DNA of 64,000 nucleotides, from NCBI GenBank assembly GCA_045599605.1, contig JAZRWE010000033.1, positions 85,687 through 149,686 on the forward strand. The letters are read 5' to 3'. How positions within the stretch are numbered: the first letter of the stretch is position 1; every line of letters starts with the position of its first letter. The notes beneath the pieces are model-generated. The model was given only the letters and a program-made list of their open reading frames with translations. It was not told where the DNA came from and made no database searches. The translations under genes and the position numbers were made by a program. The DNA comes from Thermoguttaceae bacterium (GTDB taxonomy: Bacteria > Planctomycetota > Planctomycetia > Pirellulales > Thermoguttaceae). This document shows positions 7,759-17,282 of this stretch, piece after piece.

Positions 7759-9867
7759 ATGAGAAGAACCGCGTTCACGCTGCTTGAACTCTTGTTAGTT
7801 TTGGCGATCATCATCGCGATCGCCGGAATGGGAGTTATGGGGTACCAGCGTCAATACGCTCGTTCTCAATTCAAGAGCGGCGTGATACAGTTGCAGGTCG
7901 ATCTGACTTGCGCGCGCGTCTTGGCCATGCAGTCGGGCAACGCTTACGTCTTTCGCTATGTTCCCGGTTCTAACGTCTATGAGATCGCGCCTCTGAAAAC
8001 TCTGCAAGAAACTCTCTATCGCGTTAACGGCGATCTTGCCCAAGCGGACGGTTACGACTCTCTCGGAGGTTCGCTTACGACTTCCGTAGGTCCGACGCCT
8101 TCGCTCGGCGTTTCCGCGTTAGGCGCGAATCCTCTCGGTATGGATCTTCTAGGCGCGAACTCGTTGAACATGGGCGCGGGGACGACTTCTATCGGATTCG
8201 ATACCTCGGCGCTCGGCGCGTTGACCGGAACCGACCCCGCCGCCGCGATGATGGGGGCGATGATGGGCGTCAATATGGGATCGGGCGCCGCGACCGCGTA
8301 TACCGACGACCTTTTCTCGCCGGAGAATATTGCCGCCGATATGGCGGAGGCGATGAAAGCCAACGAACGCGACGCGCGCTTGGGCGCAACTAACGTCGAT
8401 CTGACCGGCGGTCTTGGCGGGAGTTTGAATTCGATAGCAGGCGTGCCCGCGCTTGCCTCTAATAATATGACGCCCGGACTTGGCGGTTCCGCGCTTGGCG
8501 GGACGGCGCTTGGCGGCGCCGCGATGATGAATGGCGCCGCGACTTCGGGCGTTGCGAGTCCTTACGGTTACGCGACCGATTACTCCGGTATGGGAGGCGA
8601 ATTTGGACTTGATGCGACGGGTATGACGACCGGACAAGTTCCGTCGGCGATACAGACGCTGCGCGATCTCAACGGTACCGAGAAATTACTTGCCGACGAA
8701 CACACGCTAATGTCGCGAGTCAATCTCGACGGTCTTATCATTCGTAAACAGATCGCCGGCGACGTCGTTTTCACTTTCATGCGCGTCTCCGATTCGACCT
8801 CGTCGCCGTTGCGCGCTCGACGTCCCGGCGCAGCGAAAAACGATTCGGCTAGTCCGATCACAGGCGCGAGCGAAGGCGAAGACCTCGGTTCCGCGCTCGG
8901 CGGATCGTTGCGCAGTATCCCAGTCGCTTCTAATAACGACGCCTTGGGCGGCGCGTTGAGCGCGATACCGGGAACGGATCCGACCGGTATGACCGACGCC
9001 GAGTCTTATGAGGAAGATCCGCTTGCGACGAGCATGTGGTCGGAACCGCTCGTGTTCTTTCCCAACGGTAAGACGTCGAGCGCCGTTCTCGGCTTCGCGA
9101 GTATGAACGAGTACTCGTTCTATTCCGAGATCTCGTTGCGCGGTATGACCGGCGTTTCGCGTATCTCCGCGATCTCCGCGGTTCCGCCGGAATACGACCC
9201 CGCGTCGACCGCGTTGACGCAAGAACAGCTCTTCCGACTCTATAATCCCGGCGTCGCGTATTCAGGAAACGACCCCGCAAACGCAAGCGCGACAGGCGGC
9301 GCGCTAAACTCGACGACTCCAAACGCCGCGCTTGGCGTGGACGCGCCCGACGTCGCGACGACGTCCGGATCGCTCGATACGCTTGGCGGACTTGGCGCGA
9401 GCGACTTGTCCGCTCCTTCTGTGAACTATGGTCGAGCGGGCGGAGGCGGTTACGGCTCTACGGAACGTCGCTCGGGCTACAGCTTCAACGCGACCGGCGG
9501 TCGCAACGGCGGCGCGCAAGGCATGCCCGACGCCGGCGGACTTGGCGTCGCGAACGGCGGTATGGACCAAGGCGCGTTAGGCGGAATGAACAACGCGAAC
9601 GGCGCTCTTGGCGGCATGAACGATCCGACAGGCGGAATGAACAACGCGACGGCCGGAGGCGGACTTGGCGGTTTGGGCGGCGCTAATAACGGCGCGCTTG
9701 GCGGTAACGACGATCCGTTTGGAGCAGTCGACGCGGCTATGGGCGGTCTTGGAAACGACGGCGGCGGTCTTGGCGGTAACGCGAACAACGCCGGCGGCGC
9801 GCTTGGCGGCGGCGAAAACGATCGCAACGACAGAAACGAACAAGATATTATGGGAGGCGGACTGTGA
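7759..9867 (+). CDS. GspH/FimT-like minor pseudopilin (prepilin N-terminus) with a long G/A/S/L/M/N-rich low-complexity C-terminal extension
   Basis: The N-terminus is MRRTAFTLLELLLVLAIIIAIAG. A GspH-like segment (GVIQLQVDLTCARVLAMQSGNAYVF) follows. The 702-aa protein is dominated by LGG/ALGG repeats, and an SD (GAGGT) precedes the ATG. Confidence 0.6.
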   Translation: MRRTAFTLLELLLVLAIIIAIAGMGVMGYQRQYARSQFKSGVIQLQVDLTCARVLAMQSGNAYVFRYVPGSNVYEIAPLKTLQETLYRVNGDLAQADGYDSLGGSLTTSVGPTPSLGVSALGANPLGMDLLGANSLNMGAGTTSIGFDTSALGALTGTDPAAAMMGAMMGVNMGSGAATAYTDDLFSPENIAADMAEAMKANERDARLGATNVDLTGGLGGSLNSIAGVPALASNNMTPGLGGSALGGTALGGAAMMNGAATSGVASPYGYATDYSGMGGEFGLDATGMTTGQVPSAIQTLRDLNGTEKLLADEHTLMSRVNLDGLIIRKQIAGDVVFTFMRVSDSTSSPLRARRPGAAKNDSASPITGASEGEDLGSALGGSLRSIPVASNNDALGGALSAIPGTDPTGMTDAESYEEDPLATSMWSEPLVFFPNGKTSSAVLGFASMNEYSFYSEISLRGMTGVSRISAISAVPPEYDPASTALTQEQLFRLYNPGVAYSGNDPANASATGGALNSTTPNAALGVDAPDVATTSGSLDTLGGLGASDLSAPSVNYGRAGGGGYGSTERRSGYSFNATGGRNGGAQGMPDAGGLGVANGGMDQGALGGMNNANGALGGMNDPTGGMNNATAGGGLGGLGGANNGALGGNDDPFGAVDAAMGGLGNDGGGLGGNANNAGGALGGGENDRNDRNEQDIMGGGL

Positions 9868-10652
9868 TCGTCAAACGAAGTTCCGGACTCTTGCGCCGCG
9901 AGCGCGAACGCGTTGCGGCGACACGTCGCGCGTTTACGTTGTTGGAGATCCTTGTCGTGCTCGCCGTCCTCGGCATGGGTATGGGGCTCATCACGCAGAT
10001 GACGCTCGTCGCGTCGCGTCACTCCGAACGCGTTGAAGAAGACACGTTCGTTCAACTTGCTTGCGAGAACATGATGAGTTCGATCCTTGCGGGGAACATG
10101 ACCGCGACGGTCGGCGTCTCTACTCCGATCCCCGACGCGCCAAATTGGGAAACGACGATCGAATTGCTCGACGGCCCGATCGAGAAACTTGTCGCGATAC
10201 GCATCACCGCGCAGCGATACGCGATCGAAGAGTACCCGTCGCAAGACGGTTCCGGGTTCCCTATTAGCGTGCGCGAACCGGAAGACGGTCGACGCTTCGT
10301 GATCAAGGAATACGCGCGTCGCGCCGACATAAAAACGCGCGTCGTCCAGACGAACGCTCAAGGCGAAATGACGGCGACCGACGGGACCGGCGAAACGTTC
10401 GCAAACGATCTCTTGGGTCAACAAAACGCGATGGGCGGCGGACTCGGTATGGACGCGCTCGACCCGTTTGCGGCGGTAGATCGCGGCATGGCGGCGACTA
10501 ACGGCGGTAATAATAACGTCGGCGGCGGTCTAGGCGGCGGAGTCGGCGGTCTAGGCGGCATGACCGGCGGCTTTGGCGGCGATAATATCAACGTCGGCGG
10601 CGGTCTTGGCGGCGGTAATCTCGATCGGGGATTCGGAAACCTTGGTTTCTGA
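9864..10652 (+). CDS. GspI-like minor pseudopilin (prepilin N-terminus), GTG start overlapping the upstream stop
   Basis: The sequence contains RRAFTLLEILVVLAVLGMG. A GTGA start/stop overlap with the previous gene is preceded by a GGGAGG SD. The C-terminus is G-rich GGGLGG repeats. Confidence 0.5.
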   Translation: MIVKRSSGLLRRERERVAATRRAFTLLEILVVLAVLGMGMGLITQMTLVASRHSERVEEDTFVQLACENMMSSILAGNMTATVGVSTPIPDAPNWETTIELLDGPIEKLVAIRITAQRYAIEEYPSQDGSGFPISVREPEDGRRFVIKEYARRADIKTRVVQTNAQGEMTATDGTGETFANDLLGQQNAMGGGLGMDALDPFAAVDRGMAATNGGNNNVGGGLGGGVGGLGGMTGGFGGDNINVGGGLGGGNLDRGFGNLGF

Positions 10653-10693
10653 TCGTAACACAAAAATGAAGCGCGAGTTTCGCGTTATACGAT

Positions 10694-13261
10694 ATGAAAA
10701 AGCAAGAAGACGATACGATGAGAACGAAATTGCGAGTCGAACGCGGCGCGGATCCAACGCGTCGTGGGTTTACTTTGCTTGAAATTCTCCTCGTCTTGGT
10801 GTTGATAGTCGTTCTACTTGGCGGTCTTGCTTCGTTAATACGCGTATTCACCAATAGTTATTTCTCAAATGAACGTCGCGTCGGTAGAGCGCAACTTGCG
10901 CGTTCGATATCGCAGATGCTTGAAGACGATCTTGGCGCCGCGATACAGGATCCAATACAAGCGGTCGCCGAAGACGCTAACCGCCAATTTATCCGCCACT
11001 TCGGACTTCGCGGGGACGCGCGGTCGTTACAGATCGACGTCGTGCAACCTAGCCTGTTTGCGAAGACGGCCACCGTCGACGAGAATATCCGCGTTCAATC
11101 CGGCGGGGATAAATCCGCAGCGTCGCGACAAGCGCCGGAATTGAAAACGATCTTCTACGAATTTGTTCCGATCAACGCAAGCGAAGTTATTGAAGGACAA
11201 CAAAATACGACAAACGGAACCGTCGCCGCGCAAGGCGAGGATCTTGGTTCTTCGCTGACCGGCTCGCTTTCCTCGACTTCGCCCGACTCGGCGTTGTCTA
11301 ACGTTAACGGTGACGTTCTCGCCGACTCGTCTTCTTTCCGCGATCCAACGCTTCCGCTCGCGCAGAAATACGGCTTGTCGCGTCGCGAACTCGATTTTGA
11401 GACGCCGGAAGAAGATACGGAAGAAACGGACCAACTAAGCGCGTACGATCTTGGCGCCTCTATCGATCCTGAGACGGGGGCGGCGACCTCGACGTTGAGC
11501 GGTTCGCTGACGTCCGCGCCGACGACTCAGAACTCTACGCTGACGTCGACCGATCCTAGCGTCAACGCCGCGCTCGGTATCGTCGACGCGACGCAATACG
11601 TTTACAAAGAACCGCTTACCGCCGTACAGATCGCGATGGATTCAGACGACGGCACGACGTGGGCGCCGGAAGTGCTCGATTGCCGTTTCAGCTACTTTGA
11701 CGGCGAAAAATGGCGCGATTCGTGGGATAGTATTCAAGATAAAGGACTTCCGATCGCGATCAAGGTCGAATTGAAGATGGCGCCGCTCGACGACGTCGAT
11801 CTCTATCGCAGCGCGCCGATCTTCGCGATGTTGCCCGTAGCGCCCGACCTTGAAACGCTTTCAAAACTAGCGACCGCGGGAGACCAACTTGTCGATACCG
11901 ACGAAGTTAACGTAAGTCGTTTGGCAGGCTCGCTTACTCGTACCGCGAAAGAAAAAGGCGAACCCGTCGACGTGTTCAATTCGTATCGGCCTCTTGCCGC
12001 TATTCGCGCCGCGATGGAAGGCGTGGTCACCAATCGCGACGGCGCTTCGACGTTCGCGGAAGTCGCCGCGTCCGCTATGCTGTTGCGTGCCAATGAGTTA
12101 GAAACGCAAAACGCGAGTTCGCCCGGCGATATGGAAGGCGGTCTGGCGTTCAGTAGCGGACTTGGCGGTTCGCTCAACGGTTCTTCTACGTCGACGGACG
12201 GCGCGTTAGGGGGCGGCTTGACTTCCGGAACCGCTAATACCGCCAACGTCAATACGGGCGACCCGAGTCTGGACCCGTCGATCGCGATCGTGCAGGAAAT
12301 GATGGCGAACGGCGCCGTATTTAACGAGGCGGGTATCTGCGTCGACTTCTCTAACGACGGTTCTTATGTAACGCTCGAACAGATCGCCGAGGAGATCGGC
12401 GTGACGGAACCCAATGTTTACGAAGTGATCGTCTATCTCCCGACGACTCCGCTCAGCCGCGCGACGACGGTCCAACGCCGCGTCGCGACGACGGTGCGCC
12501 AAGGCAATGTCTCGCAACGACGTAATACGAACGCCGCCGGCGGAAATAGTCGCGATCGTCGCGCGCAAGGTCAGAATCCTTACGCCACCGGTAGAGCGCG
12601 ACAATCGCAACCTCGTGAAAGAACGGAACGCACAAGAAACGAGCGCACGGCGCAAGATCGTCAACGCGCGGATCGGCAGACGGCGGAACGCGGACGCGCC
12701 GATCGTCAAGCGGTCGACCGCGGCGGCCCCGTCGAGCGACAAGCAAATAATCGTCAAGTTAACGAACGCCAAGGAGGCGAAGCGCGAACCGCAAATACGC
12801 GCGAAACGCGAGAACGCGTCGGACGCAACGGCGGTTGGACCGACGATAGCCCCAATACGGTCAACTACGGGAATCGTAACGCGAATAATAGAGCGCAAGT
12901 AGGAGATACTAACGGCGTCGGCGGTTTCGGTAACGCCGCCGCGGATCTCGGCGGTCTTGGCGATCGTAACGCGGTAACGCCGTCTCTTGGTCAAGGGGGC
13001 GGGCTCGCGGGCGGACTTGCCGGCAACGGCGGCGCCACGCAGATTCAGACCGATCCGTTTGCTATCGTCGACCAACAGATGAACGCCGCCTCGTCTGCGC
13101 CGTTTGCGTCGCAAAACGCTGATATGGATATTTTTGGCGGAATGACTACGCCGGGGTTGATCGAGACGCCTAACGGAACGAACACGGTCGCTTCTCCGAC
13201 CGCGCCCGCCGCGCCGCAACGCCAAGGTCAGCAACAAACGTGGATCCGCGGTAAGAAATAA
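10694..13261 (+). CDS. GspJ-like minor pseudopilin (prepilin N-terminus) with large S/T/G-rich and Arg/Gln/Glu-rich low-complexity regions
   Basis: The sequence contains RRGFTLLEILLVLVLIVVLLGG followed by a GspJ-like helix region. The protein is 855 aa, far larger than canonical GspJ. An alternative start is at 10718. Confidence 0.5.
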   Translation: MKKQEDDTMRTKLRVERGADPTRRGFTLLEILLVLVLIVVLLGGLASLIRVFTNSYFSNERRVGRAQLARSISQMLEDDLGAAIQDPIQAVAEDANRQFIRHFGLRGDARSLQIDVVQPSLFAKTATVDENIRVQSGGDKSAASRQAPELKTIFYEFVPINASEVIEGQQNTTNGTVAAQGEDLGSSLTGSLSSTSPDSALSNVNGDVLADSSSFRDPTLPLAQKYGLSRRELDFETPEEDTEETDQLSAYDLGASIDPETGAATSTLSGSLTSAPTTQNSTLTSTDPSVNAALGIVDATQYVYKEPLTAVQIAMDSDDGTTWAPEVLDCRFSYFDGEKWRDSWDSIQDKGLPIAIKVELKMAPLDDVDLYRSAPIFAMLPVAPDLETLSKLATAGDQLVDTDEVNVSRLAGSLTRTAKEKGEPVDVFNSYRPLAAIRAAMEGVVTNRDGASTFAEVAASAMLLRANELETQNASSPGDMEGGLAFSSGLGGSLNGSSTSTDGALGGGLTSGTANTANVNTGDPSLDPSIAIVQEMMANGAVFNEAGICVDFSNDGSYVTLEQIAEEIGVTEPNVYEVIVYLPTTPLSRATTVQRRVATTVRQGNVSQRRNTNAAGGNSRDRRAQGQNPYATGRARQSQPRERTERTRNERTAQDRQRADRQTAERGRADRQAVDRGGPVERQANNRQVNERQGGEARTANTRETRERVGRNGGWTDDSPNTVNYGNRNANNRAQVGDTNGVGGFGNAAADLGGLGDRNAVTPSLGQGGGLAGGLAGNGGATQIQTDPFAIVDQQMNAASSAPFASQNADMDIFGGMTTPGLIETPNGTNTVASPTAPAAPQRQGQQQTWIRGKK

Positions 13262-13307
13262 CGCTTGTTAACGCGGTAATTACGATAGTTCGGATGTGAG
13301 GAACGCT

Positions 13308-15224
13308 ATGGAAAACGACGCTTTAAATACGCAGACTGCCGCGAACGACAACGGCGCCGACTACGACGCCGCGGAACGCGAAGCGAAACGCGTGCGCCGC
13401 GCGATATATAATCTCTTGATATTCGTAGCGTTAGGCGTCGGTTTTGGTAAGATCGCCTCCGTCGATTCCGTTTACGATCGCGCTATTCAGAATTTCCGCT
13501 TGCAACAGATCCCGAAGACGTTGGAAGCTAAGGATAAAGAATTGCAAGACAAAGGCGTCGAACCGGAACGTCGACAAGCGGAATTAGAACGCGTCTACAA
13601 CTCTTTACTAGCCGACGCAAATAAAGCGCGTCCAACGCTTTGCGCTAACGACCGTAGTCGTTGGGCGACGATCCGCGCGCTCGTTGAACCGGATATGCGC
13701 GTCTATCGCTACACGCCTGTGTTCTCCGACGAACAAAAAGCCGATCGTATCTCGGAGCTGTCGATGCGAGAACCGAACAGCGCGAAGAAGATACGCTTTA
13801 AGTTCTACGATAACGAGATCTTACGAAATTGCGCGTCCGATTGCTCCGAACAATTTTCCAAAGAACACGCCGTCGCGAAGCGTTACACGCGAAAGCTAGT
13901 TCCTTACGCCGTCGACAAAGTCTGGGAAACGCCGGGTTGGGATTCTATCGACGTTGTCAAACATGGACTTAAAGACGAAGTTTACGTTCCTGAGAACCCG
14001 TCGTCAGGTTATATCTATTCCAGCAAACCGACCCTATTGCCGACGCTGATGGCGGCCCCGTATTGGGTCTTGTATCATTGCTGCGGATTGTCGCTCTCCA
14101 AAAATCCGTTTGAAGGCGTGAAGATACTACTTGTTTTCTATAACCTTATTCCGTTGGGACTTGCGTTCCTTTGCCTGACGTCGTTAATCGACTCTGTTGG
14201 GAAGACGACGTGGGGGCGGTTGTTCGCGGTCGCAACGCTGCTGTTCGCGTCTTTCGCGTTGACCTTTGTAGCGACGTTAAATAACCATATACCGGGTTTT
14301 GTGGCGATATCGATCTCGCTTTGGGCGGGGATGAAGATCTTACGCGACGGCAAAGATTCATGGATATACTACGCGTTAGCCGGGTTCTTTGGTGCGTTTG
14401 CCGTCGTCTGCGAGTTGCCCGCGCTGGCGTTTGCAGGAACGTTGTTCTTGTGCCTCGTTATAAGTAAAGCCAAGAAAACGCTTGGCGTTTCCGTCCCGTT
14501 TGGACTCGTCGTCGCCGTCGCGTTTGTTTCGACCGACATGATCGCGCATCAATCGCTCAAACCGGCGTATTCTCATAAACGCGATCATATGGCGTTGGCG
14601 GAACAAGCGAAAGCCGCTACGGATGAGACGGCGAAGAACGCCGACGGCGCGCCGTTATTTGAATTCGATCCTAACGACTGGTATTACTACGTTTATTATC
14701 CCGCGGGGAAGACTCGCGAGATGAAGAACGCGCGTATTAGCCACTGGGCTTATCGCACCGGTATCGATCGCGGGGAACCGTCGATCGCGCGTTACGCGTT
14801 CCATTCGACGATCGGCAGTCGCGGGGTATTCTCGCTTGCTCCGGTCTGGATATTCAGTATCTTTGGCGCGATCGCGTTCGCGTTGACAAAAGGAAAGACC
14901 GATCCCGGAAAACGCGCGCTCGGCGTAATGACGCTGGTGTTGACGGTCGTATTTTTTGCGTTCTTCCTGACGCGCGATCAAGGGGACCGCAATTACGGCG
15001 GGGTATGTTGTTACCCGCGTTGGTTCTTCCCGTTGATACCGTTGTTTGCGCCCGCGCTTACGCCGGCCGCCGACGCGTTGTCGAAACGAGCGTTCGGACG
15101 ATGGATCGCGTATTTGGCGTTATTTATCGCGGCGGCTTCCGCGTCCTATCCGACGTGGTCGCCGTGGGTCTCGCCGTGGTTCTATCAATTCGCCGTCGAT
15201 TGGAATTGGATGGAGCCGTATTGA
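13308..15224 (+). CDS. polytopic inner-membrane protein of unknown function (about 230-aa soluble N-terminal domain plus about 10 predicted TM helices)
   Basis: This is a long ORF with many hydrophobic helices. The ATG at 13308 has an SD (GAGGA) 5 nt upstream, whereas the ORF-track start at 13296 is GTG. It lies 35 bp downstream of the pseudopilin genes on the same strand. No recognisable family motif was found. Confidence 0.6.
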   Translation: MENDALNTQTAANDNGADYDAAEREAKRVRRAIYNLLIFVALGVGFGKIASVDSVYDRAIQNFRLQQIPKTLEAKDKELQDKGVEPERRQAELERVYNSLLADANKARPTLCANDRSRWATIRALVEPDMRVYRYTPVFSDEQKADRISELSMREPNSAKKIRFKFYDNEILRNCASDCSEQFSKEHAVAKRYTRKLVPYAVDKVWETPGWDSIDVVKHGLKDEVYVPENPSSGYIYSSKPTLLPTLMAAPYWVLYHCCGLSLSKNPFEGVKILLVFYNLIPLGLAFLCLTSLIDSVGKTTWGRLFAVATLLFASFALTFVATLNNHIPGFVAISISLWAGMKILRDGKDSWIYYALAGFFGAFAVVCELPALAFAGTLFLCLVISKAKKTLGVSVPFGLVVAVAFVSTDMIAHQSLKPAYSHKRDHMALAEQAKAATDETAKNADGAPLFEFDPNDWYYYVYYPAGKTREMKNARISHWAYRTGIDRGEPSIARYAFHSTIGSRGVFSLAPVWIFSIFGAIAFALTKGKTDPGKRALGVMTLVLTVVFFAFFLTRDQGDRNYGGVCCYPRWFFPLIPLFAPALTPAADALSKRAFGRWIAYLALFIAAASASYPTWSPWVSPWFYQFAVDWNWMEPY

Positions 15225-15246
15225 TTTCTTAAAATAATGGTATAAT
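15215..15246 (+). promoter_or_regulatory. possible extended -10 promoter (TGGTATAAT at 15238-15246) upstream of smpB
   Basis: A TGnTATAAT element sits 78 bp upstream of the smpB ATG. Only a weak -35 (TTGATT with a short spacer) is present. Confidence 0.3.
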
Positions 15247-15323
15247 AAAAGAAGCAGACGGCGCGACGCCGTACCGGGTCGAGCGATCCGAGACAATAGA
15301 TACAAATATAGAAGAAAGTCCCC

Positions 15324-15815
15324 ATGGCGGATAAAAATAAGAATAAGAAGAAGGAAGACGACGGTATCGAGCGCGTCGTCAGCGAGAATCGTAAAGCGCG
15401 TCACGATTACGATATTCTCGAAACGCTCGAATGCGGTATCGCGCTTGTCGGTAGCGAGGTCAAGAGCCTTCGCAGCGGCACGGTCTCGTTGTCGGAATCC
15501 TATGCGCGCGTTCGTGATAACGAAGTATTTTGGGTCAATAGCGACATTCCGGAATACATCGACGCCAATCGTTTCAATCATAAGCGTAAGCGCGATCGTA
15601 AGTTGTTGATGCATAAACGCGAAGTGCAGCGTTTCGCGAAACGCGCTATGGAAAAAGGGTTGACGCTCGTGCCGTTGAAACTCTATTTCCGCGGCGGACG
15701 CGCGAAGTTGCTCCTTGGACTCTGTAAAGGCAAGCAAGATTACGATAAGCGTCAAACGCTGAAAAAACAAGACGTTGAACGCGGTCTTCGCCAGATGAAG
15801 ATGTTCCGTAGATGA
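15324..15815 (+). CDS. smpB: SsrA-binding protein
   Basis: It carries conserved SmpB motifs NRKARHDYDIL, GIALVGSEVKSLR and FWV. The C-terminal tail is basic. Confidence 0.9.
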   Translation: MADKNKNKKKEDDGIERVVSENRKARHDYDILETLECGIALVGSEVKSLRSGTVSLSESYARVRDNEVFWVNSDIPEYIDANRFNHKRKRDRKLLMHKREVQRFAKRAMEKGLTLVPLKLYFRGGRAKLLLGLCKGKQDYDKRQTLKKQDVERGLRQMKMFRR

Positions 15816-17131
15816 GTCGCGATATCGATAATGCGTCGTTCGATAACGCAAGCGCTCGCAAGGCGTTATTGGCGTGGTTTGAAAGTTGTGGAAGAAAATT
15901 TCCATGGCGCGACGACCCTACGCCTTATCGCGTCTGGATCAGCGAGATAATGTTGCAACAGACGACGACGCAGACGGTTATCGGGTATTTCGAGCGATTC
16001 GTTACGCGTTTTCCCGATGTCGCGACCTTGGCGGCGGCGTCGGAAGAGGAAACGTTAAAATATTGGGAAGGCTTAGGTTATTATCGTCGCGCGAGAGCGT
16101 TGCGCGCGGCGGCGATCGAGATCGTAGAACGCTTTAACGGCGTCTTTCCCTCTGATTACGACGACGTTCTATCTCTTCCCGGCATAGGACGTTACGCGGT
16201 CGGCGCGATACTTTCTTTCGGTTTCGATAAGCGCGCCGCTATTCTTGAAGCGAACACGACGCGACTCCACGCGCGGTTGTTGGGCTTGCGAGAAGAGACG
16301 ACGCTCGCTGATTCTCAGAAAACGCTATGGCGTTTCGCGGAAGAATGGTTGCCCGAAGAATCTAAACGCCGCGAGTCTGGCGTTTATCGTAATATCAACG
16401 CGGCGTTGACCGATCTTGGGAGAATGGTCTGCTCCCCTAGTTCGCCTAATTGCGGCGCGTGTCCTTTGGCGCGGTTTTGCGAATCGAATCGGCTCGGGAT
16501 ACAAGACGTCGTGCCGGTCTTGAAGAAGAAACAAGAGACTATCCCGCGCGTCGACGTCGACGTATGGATAACGCGACAAGAACTTAGCGACGCGAAGAAT
16601 GTGAAAGACGACCCCGGGATTACAGCCGGACTCTTGGAACCGAAGCCGACGGACGTTTTACTTGTTCTGCGTCGACAAGGCGTTCTTTGGGCGGGGCTCT
16701 GGGAGTTTCCTCGTTTTGAGGCGGCGCAAGGTCGGAAATATTCGCTAGACGAGTTGCCGCGAGACGTGTATCTCAAAGACAGATTGCAATATTTTTTAGA
16801 AGAGGAAGTCGGCGCGACCTCGGGCGATCGCGGACTGACGCCGGCGGAAAAAACGATACGGCATAGCGTAACGCGTTACCGCGTCGAACTTGCGTTATGC
16901 AGATCGACCGCGGAAGGCGTTAGCGTGGACGAGCGACAAAACACGCTCTTCGAATTGGAACCGCGAGCGGAAAACACGAGTCGAGCCGAGGATACGAAGC
17001 CGGCGTTTTGCGCGCGTCAGGCGGAAGAATTGCGCTGGGTCCCGGTAGAGAAATTGGCGGAATATCCGTTGAGTTCGCCGGGTCGACGACTTGCGGACTA
17101 TATCGTGAAGAAGTCGCAAAAAAATAACTAG
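15812..17131 (+). CDS. mutY: A/G-specific adenine DNA glycosylase (with C-terminal NUDIX-like domain)
   Basis: It carries LLAWFESCGRKFPWR, the HhH-GPD motifs VWISEIMLQQTTTQTV and LPGIGRYAVGAI, and the 4-Cys cluster CxxxxxxCxxCxxxxxC (CSPSSPNCGACPLARFC). An ATGA overlap with smpB is present. Confidence 0.85.
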   Translation: MSRDIDNASFDNASARKALLAWFESCGRKFPWRDDPTPYRVWISEIMLQQTTTQTVIGYFERFVTRFPDVATLAAASEEETLKYWEGLGYYRRARALRAAAIEIVERFNGVFPSDYDDVLSLPGIGRYAVGAILSFGFDKRAAILEANTTRLHARLLGLREETTLADSQKTLWRFAEEWLPEESKRRESGVYRNINAALTDLGRMVCSPSSPNCGACPLARFCESNRLGIQDVVPVLKKKQETIPRVDVDVWITRQELSDAKNVKDDPGITAGLLEPKPTDVLLVLRRQGVLWAGLWEFPRFEAAQGRKYSLDELPRDVYLKDRLQYFLEEEVGATSGDRGLTPAEKTIRHSVTRYRVELALCRSTAEGVSVDERQNTLFELEPRAENTSRAEDTKPAFCARQAEELRWVPVEKLAEYPLSSPGRRLADYIVKKSQKNN

Positions 17132-17282
17132 TCAACAGTATAATAATTTTAAATTATTTGTGGATTTTTAATTCTAGCGCTTTGCGTAAATTCGTAAATT
17201 TGGTAGAATAGCATAGAAAATTGGCGCGTGTCGCCCTGACTCGCGCGTTTGGTAAATAGTCTATTTTGAAAGGACTTTAATT

